DNA from: Chloroflexota bacterium
Lineage (GTDB): Bacteria; Chloroflexota; UBA11872; VXOZ01
Reading direction: 5' to 3'
NCBI GenBank assembly: GCA_965221905.1
Contig: OZ244922.1
Span: 2,752,001 to 2,816,000 of the forward strand
DNA length: 64,000 nt
In this document: in pieces, positions 58,683-64,000 of the stretch
Position numbering within the stretch: position 1 is the stretch's first letter
Layout: every line of letters begins with the position of its first letter
Notes under the pieces: generated by a model
What the model was told of the DNA's origin: nothing
The model's input: only the letters and a program-made list of their open reading frames with translations
The model's database searches: none
Position numbers and translations under genes: made by a program

Positions 58683-59747
58683 ATGCAAATCGGCATTGTC
58701 GGCATACCGTATTCCGGCAAGACTACAGTCTTCAATGCAATTGCCGGCGGTGGGGCGGAGAATCGCCACCAGACGCACGGCCTGGAACCAACCTTGGCCA
58801 TGGTGAATCTGCGCGATTCGCGGCTTGAGGCGCTCTGTAACCTGTTTGGACCTGAGGAATGCATCCCAACGGAAGTTCAGTACCTCGATTTTCCCGGGGC
58901 CGGTTTCGGCAGACAGGAGAAGGAAGCTGCCTGGGTGGGCACACTCCGCACCGTAGACGCGCTACTAGTCGTTCTTGGCGCATTCAACGACGTGCAGAAT
59001 CCCACCCACGAACTGGAGAGCATTCATCTCGACCTGGTTCTGCCTGATATGCAAATCATAGAGAACCGTCTCCAGCGCCTCGCGCTGCAGATGCGTAGCG
59101 CCCCCGCGACGGAACGCCAGCACCTTGATCGAGAGCAGACGCTCCTGGAGCGCATTCAGAACGATCTTGAACAGGGCCTGCCGGTGCGTGCTCTCGATCT
59201 AACACCCGAAGAGTTGCAGACTATCCGTGGGTTTCAGCTCCTGACCCTAAAGCCCACGCTCGTAATCATCAATTGCTCCGAGGAACAATGGCCCCACGCT
59301 GAAGAAATGGCCGCACACGCCCGGGCTGCCTATCCTCACCCGCAGACTACGATCATTGCCCTCTGCGCACAATTGGAAATGGAAGTAGCCCAACTCCCAC
59401 CGGATGAGGCCGCACTCTTTCGCGAGGACTTGGGATTCGACGAAGCAGGCGCAACACAGGTCGTACGCGAGTCCCACGCACTGTTGGGTCTGATCCACTT
59501 CTTCACGATAAATGATAAAGAGGTGCGTGCTTGGGCCATCCCGCAAGGCACCAAAGCGCAGGACGCTGCCGGGAAAATCCACACGGACATGGCGCGCGGG
59601 TTTGCACGCGCGGAAGTGATCGCTTGGGAGCAATTGATCGAAAACAATAGCTACGCCGATGCGCGTAAGCATGGGCTCGTGCGTCAAGAAGGACGCGATT
59701 ACGTTGTCCAAGACGGCGACGTGCTCTTCATCCTGTTTACGCGGTGA
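58683..59747 (+). CDS. ychF: Divergent YchF/OLA1-like ATPase (DUF933 C-terminus)
   Basis: GIVGIPYSGKTT, D.RL..L, LT.KP, AAGKIHTD..RGF.RAEV, EGRDYVVQDGDV.. Confidence 0.8.
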   Translation: MQIGIVGIPYSGKTTVFNAIAGGGAENRHQTHGLEPTLAMVNLRDSRLEALCNLFGPEECIPTEVQYLDFPGAGFGRQEKEAAWVGTLRTVDALLVVLGAFNDVQNPTHELESIHLDLVLPDMQIIENRLQRLALQMRSAPATERQHLDREQTLLERIQNDLEQGLPVRALDLTPEELQTIRGFQLLTLKPTLVIINCSEEQWPHAEEMAAHARAAYPHPQTTIIALCAQLEMEVAQLPPDEAALFREDLGFDEAGATQVVRESHALLGLIHFFTINDKEVRAWAIPQGTKAQDAAGKIHTDMARGFARAEVIAWEQLIENNSYADARKHGLVRQEGRDYVVQDGDVLFILFTR

Positions 59748-59993
59748 TGTGGCTGAACATCTGACCGTTCGCGCTGAGCCTGTCGAAGCGTGGCTGAACA
59801 CCTGACCGTTCGCGTTGAGCCTGTCGAGATGTGGCTGAACATCTGACCGTTCGCGCTGAGCCTGTCGAGATGTGGCTGAACTCCTGACCGTTCGCGCTGA
59901 GCCTGTCGAAGCGCGGCTGAACTCCTGACCGTTCGCGCTGAGCCTGTCGAAGCGCGGCTGAACACCTGACCGTTCGCGCTGAGCCTGTCGAAG
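59748..59993 (+). repeat. Tandem array of 6 x 41-bp family-A units
   Basis: (t/c)g(t/c)ggctgaac(a/t)(t/c)ctgaccgttcgcgctgagcctgtcga(ag/ga) repeated head-to-tail with no unique spacers. Confidence 0.92.
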
Positions 59994-60119
59994 CGTGGGG
60001 CTTGCTTCACACGAGTAAGCAAAACCCTTGAAACGGTTTGCCGTTGTGCATGTTGACCAGTGTTTATATAATCACCGATGAACAAACTTTACTTGTGAGT
60101 ATCTGGAGGCAATCCGCTC

Positions 60120-61280
60120 GTGGCACCCCTTAGTAGCGCGCAGGCCGTATCCGACCGCATTTTGGCTCTAACACCATCTCCCACAATGGCGATGGACGCC
60201 AAGGCTAAGGCAATGTTGCGGTCAGGTATTGATGTCATCAATCTCTCCGTCGGTGAGCCGGACTTCGACACGCCGGCGCACATCAAGGAGGCTGCCATTG
60301 CCGCGATCCAGGACGGCTTCAACAAGTACACGCCGGCCGGCGGCATCCCCGAACTCAAAGAGGCCATTGCGGAAAAGCTCTCCCGTGAGAACAGTGTAGA
60401 CTACAGCCCGACCGAGGTGGTGGCCTGCGTGGGTGGCAAACAGGCAGTCTGCAACGTGTTTCTGGCGATTTGCAACCCCGGTGATGAAGTTGTCGTTCAC
60501 GCCCCCACCTGGCCGACCTTTCTGGAGCAGATCAAACTCGCGCAGGGAACGCACGTAACTGTCCCGCTCGCCTCGCCGTTCGCGATCACGGCAGACCCGT
60601 TACTAGAGCGCATTTCCGCCAAGACCCGCGCTATCCTCATTAACTCGCCGTGCAATCCCACCGGCGTGGTTGCCGATCCGGCGGAGATCCGTAAACTGGC
60701 CGCAGCCTGCGTGGAACGCGGCATCTACTTGATTGCCGACGAGACCTACGAGCACTTTCTCTATGGCGATGCCGAGCACCTCTCACCTGCAGGCATGGGG
60801 CCGGATGAGAAAGCACACGTCATCACCGTGAATACGGTGTCAAAAACCTACGCTATGACGGGTTGGCGTCTCGGCTACGTGGCCGGACCGGAACCCGTCA
60901 TCAAGGCCATCAACGACTTGATGTCACAGATAACCAGCAACCCAACGTCAGCCTCGCAGAAGGCCGCTATCGCCGCGCTGACCGGGCCGCAAGACTGCGT
61001 GCGGGAGATGGTGGCTGAGTTTCGTGAGCGGCGCACGCTTCTCGTAGAGGGACTGCGTAAAGCGGGCTATGCCTGCGCGCTGCCGGGCGGCGCGTTCTAC
61101 GCCTTCCCGCAAGTCAAGGGCAACGAGCATGATACTTCGGTTGCCGACCGCCTTCTGGAAGAGGCCCACATTGCCACCGTGCCGGGGTCTTCCTTCCTCG
61201 CCGACGGCTACCTGCGCATGTCCTACGCCACCAGCCGCGAGAAGCTGCAGGAAGCCCTCGAGCGGCTGGGCAAGGCATAG
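60120..61280 (+). CDS. Class I aminotransferase (aspartate aminotransferase-like)
   Basis: GEPDFDTP, NSPCNPTG, DETY, SKTYAMTGWRLGY, R.SYA. Confidence 0.93.
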   Translation: MAPLSSAQAVSDRILALTPSPTMAMDAKAKAMLRSGIDVINLSVGEPDFDTPAHIKEAAIAAIQDGFNKYTPAGGIPELKEAIAEKLSRENSVDYSPTEVVACVGGKQAVCNVFLAICNPGDEVVVHAPTWPTFLEQIKLAQGTHVTVPLASPFAITADPLLERISAKTRAILINSPCNPTGVVADPAEIRKLAAACVERGIYLIADETYEHFLYGDAEHLSPAGMGPDEKAHVITVNTVSKTYAMTGWRLGYVAGPEPVIKAINDLMSQITSNPTSASQKAAIAALTGPQDCVREMVAEFRERRTLLVEGLRKAGYACALPGGAFYAFPQVKGNEHDTSVADRLLEEAHIATVPGSSFLADGYLRMSYATSREKLQEALERLGKA

Positions 61281-61344
61281 TAAGCAACCCCGGCGTGACG
61301 GGCGCAGCGCTCCCACGTCCGCAAAGCCCGCGCCGGGGTAAATC

Positions 61345-61730
61345 GTAGGGGCGATTCGCGAATCGCCCCTATTGGCCGTTTGGGCGACCACAAGGGTCGC
61401 CCCTACCAGACGTCCAGGCATCCGCAACGGTCGCCCCTACTGGATGTCCGGGCGTCCGCAACGGCCCACGTACGGGCGACCCTTGTGGTTGCCCGAATAG
61501 ATTGCTGGACGCCCAGGCATCCGCAACGGCCCGCGTAGGGGCGACCCTTGTGGTTGCCCGAATAGATCGCCGGATGCAACCCTCCCTACCATCTTCCTGC
61601 GGTCAGCATAGCAACGGTAGGGGCAACCCTTGTGGTTGCCCGAATGTTGCCCGGCACAATTCATACACCTGTGCTACTGTCTCACTAAGAAACTGTTTGT
61701 AGACTGTAGCGCGGGGTCTTGTCCCCCGCC
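61345..61730. repeat. Cluster of GTAG-type REPs (GTAGGGGCGACCCTTGTGGTTGCCC etc.) with short tandem duplication
   Basis: At least five GTAG-GGGCG palindromes, two near-identical blocks of about 60 bp, and gtagcgcggggtcttgtcccccgc at 61706. Confidence 0.85.
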
Positions 61731-61803
61731 TCCTAATACGAGACGAGAGCCCCGGAACCGCCTGTTTCTCCAAACACAAACAAGCCTGAAGTGGAGGTAA
61801 GCC

Positions 61804-62937
61804 ATGAAAATCAGCGACGTCCAGACCCATACCGTGAACAACGGCACGCGAAACTACACGTTCGTCACCGTTACTGAGGAAAACGGGTTGTACGGCATAG
61901 GCGAATCCGGCTGTTCCGGCAAAGACAACGCGGTCGCGGCAACCGTGGAGCACTACCGTCCGCTGCTCATCGGCCAGGACCCCGCGCGCATCGAGCACAT
62001 CTGGCAGGACCACTTCCGCGGCAACTTCTGGCGCGCGGGCCCGGTGCTCACGGCGGCAATATCCGCGCTAGATATTGCGCTCTGGGATCTCGCCGGCAAG
62101 GCCCTGGAGGTCCCAACCTACCAATTGCTGGGCGGCAAGACCCGCGAGAAAGTGCGCTGCTACGCCCACTTTAGCGGCAACGACCCGGATTCCTGCGCAA
62201 AGGCGGCCAAAGCGCGTGTGGACGAAGGCTTTGAGGTGGTGCGGTTCGGCTTGCTCACTGACCCAGATGACATCTTGGAACCGGCGCGGGCGGTTTGCAA
62301 TACGGTGGAAGCCTTTCAAGCGGTGCGCGAGACCGTGGGACATGAAATCGAAATCGCCCTCGACGTACACACGCGCCTCAATCCGACGTGGGCAATCCAG
62401 TTATGTAAACGCCTTGAGCCGCTGCGCCCCTTCTTCATCGAAGACCCCATTCGCTCGGAGAATCCGCAGTCGTTCGCCAATCTGCGGCACCACACGAGCG
62501 TGCCCATCGCCACCGGCGAACAGCTCATCACCAAGTGGCAATTTCGGGAGCTTATCGAGAACGAGTGGATTGACTATGCACGCGCGGACCTGGGCCTCGT
62601 GGGCGGCATCACCGAGGGTAAGAAGATCGCCGCCATGTGCGAAGTGCACTACATCGACACGGCCTTGCACAACCCGCTGGGCCCTGTGAACACCGCGGCC
62701 AGCGTCCAACTCGACATGTGCATTCCCAACTTCGGCATTCAGGAACTCTCGATGGTCCCACCCGCGATGACGGACATCTTCCCCACACAATGCAGCGTCG
62801 TGGCCGGGCACCTCATTCCCGCCGACGTTCCGGGAATCGGTATCGAATTCAACTTCGAGGCGGCAAAGAATTACTCGTACCAGTACTGGGAACACGCCCG
62901 CTTGCGGCGGGATGACGGCTCGGTGACGGACTGGTAG
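61804..62937 (+). CDS. Mandelate racemase/enolase-superfamily acid-sugar dehydratase (DgoD-like)
   Basis: DIALWDLAGK, LDVH, FIEDP, ATGE, GGITE..K, HNP.GP. SD GGAGG. Confidence 0.92.
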   Translation: MKISDVQTHTVNNGTRNYTFVTVTEENGLYGIGESGCSGKDNAVAATVEHYRPLLIGQDPARIEHIWQDHFRGNFWRAGPVLTAAISALDIALWDLAGKALEVPTYQLLGGKTREKVRCYAHFSGNDPDSCAKAAKARVDEGFEVVRFGLLTDPDDILEPARAVCNTVEAFQAVRETVGHEIEIALDVHTRLNPTWAIQLCKRLEPLRPFFIEDPIRSENPQSFANLRHHTSVPIATGEQLITKWQFRELIENEWIDYARADLGLVGGITEGKKIAAMCEVHYIDTALHNPLGPVNTAASVQLDMCIPNFGIQELSMVPPAMTDIFPTQCSVVAGHLIPADVPGIGIEFNFEAAKNYSYQYWEHARLRRDDGSVTDW

Positions 62938-63132
62938 ATTCAGTTTTCGGGTATTGCTAATCCATCGCATTGGCCGCTGGATTTAGAACCGGGTTGCCTA
63001 CGTTTCGCCCTCTTTCGGTAGCGTAGGTTTGTAACCTGCGCCCTTCCAACGTAGCCGCTCCAAGTCATCCCGCTTTTTCCTTCCATGTAGCAGCGATAGG
63101 AAGATCACCCTCACCCCGGCCCTCTCCCTGAT

Positions 63133-63364
63133 GAGACCTTTGCATAACCCTTGCTGAGGCGAGAAAGTCCCCTCTCCCGGCGGGAGAGGGTTAGGGTGAG
63201 GGGGAATCTCCGCAATCCGGGCCATTTTCACCGATATTGCACACTTACTTATAGGTCTTAGAGGTAGAAAAGACAGAATAAGCAAGACTCCCCTCACCCC
63301 GGCCCTCTCCCGCCGGGAGAGGGAGTAATTCTTGCGCCGCTGGCCGAAGTTACGCAAAGGTCTC
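63133..63364. mobile_element. MITE with IS5-family-like TIRs and 5-bp target duplication
   Basis: TIR GAGACCTTTGC(A/G)TAAC (15/16 identical) at 63133-63148 and 63349-63364, flanked by CTGAT on both sides. No transposase. Confidence 0.85.
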
Positions 63365-63472
63365 CTGATGGAGAGGGTGTTTTCCTTACCTCTGTTCGGG
63401 CTAAGCACGGCTCTCCTGAGAGAAAGGAGGTTTCCAATGACTCTGATCGAGACTATGCAACGCTCGCCTTAG

Positions 63473-63615
63473 GGGACCTTTGCGATACCCCTTCCCCCTT
63501 GAGGGGGGAAGGTTGGAATGGGGGTGAAAAGGGCCTCACGGCAAGGTTCCGCGCTCTTCCCGCCTCCCCTGTATTCCGGCTTTCGCCGGAAAGACGGAGT
63601 TGTTCAAAGGTCACC
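63473..63615. mobile_element. Degenerate second MITE of the same TIR type
   Basis: GGGACCTTTGCGATAC ... GTTGTTCAAAGGTCACC flanked by CTTAG/CTAAG. Confidence 0.5.
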
Positions 63616-63709
63616 CTAAGGAGAGGAATCGATTGCGGATGAGGATAGGGAGAAGTGCGCCACCACAATATGAGCCGAATAGACCTCCTACTTACGCAAA
63701 CCGGCGCGG

Positions 63710-64000
63710 CTACGGTTGCGGACAAGACAGCAAGCGTTCAGCGATCCGCTTCACGATGTCCCAGTCCTGTTGCTTTGCCTTGAACTTGCCACTGACCTGC
63801 ACGCTCCATCCCTGAAACTCCCCAGCGTGGCTCTCGATTTCCACGTCGCCGGTCTTCTTGACGAATGACTTTATCGCCGGCTCGTTGGCGAGGACGCTAA
63901 GCAACCGCGTGGCGTGGTCTTCACCCTGCCACGTCACATCCACCACTTTCCCGAAGAGTGGGAAGGACTTGCTACGCACGGTCTTGATCTTCACCGCACG
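63710..64000 (-). CDS. Hypothetical protein, 5'-truncated by window edge
   Basis: Frame is open through position 64000 with plausible composition; no recognisable family. Confidence 0.55.
   Translation of the reverse strand, partial: RAVKIKTVRSKSFPLFGKVVDVTWQGEDHATRLLSVLANEPAIKSFVKKTGDVEIESHAGEFQGWSVQVSGKFKAKQQDWDIVKRIAERLLSCPQP

Noticed and set aside
59748-59993. CRISPR array
   Set aside because: Units are head-to-tail near-identical 41-mers with no unique spacers, the motif is a dispersed repeat elsewhere in the window, and no cas genes are present.
62998-63815. Small ORFs at 62998..63408, 63453..63725 and 63600..63815
   Set aside because: They are largely translations of palindromic repeats and MITE sequence (ERAGVR, PHPNPLP), with no coding support.

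Overview
GC-rich bacterial chromosomal window. Chloroflexota-like affinity is inferred from gene style only and was not tested. It is dominated by carbohydrate/amino-acid scavenging genes: 4 orphan Tat-lipoprotein sugar-binding proteins, 2 sulfatases, a GH29 fucosidase, 3 DHDPS-family aldolases, 2 DegT aminotransferases, hydantoinase/oxoprolinase A/B and an enolase-superfamily dehydratase. It also carries housekeeping genes (selB, murF, ddl, prs, a ychF-like gene, an aspartate aminotransferase), a TPP riboswitch with attenuator ahead of a CytX-like transporter, an AT-richer Dcm/GHKL-nuclease/Vsr island, a tandem triplet of GNAT genes and several palindromic repeat families, including a MITE inserted into the loop of a palindromic repeat. 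The best find is missed by the ORF track. Directly after ccdA are two convergent paralogous exported lipoprotein thioredoxins of the DipZ/TlpA type. Each is split in the ORF track by an in-frame TGA at the first position of the CxxC motif (FWTYT-U-PIC and FWTYT-U-PVC). Each TGA is followed at the same distance by a SECIS-like hairpin, and the two hairpins differ by a compensatory base pair. selB lies about 8 kb away. Together these suggest a selenocysteine-dependent extracytoplasmic 'split-DipZ' redox relay.
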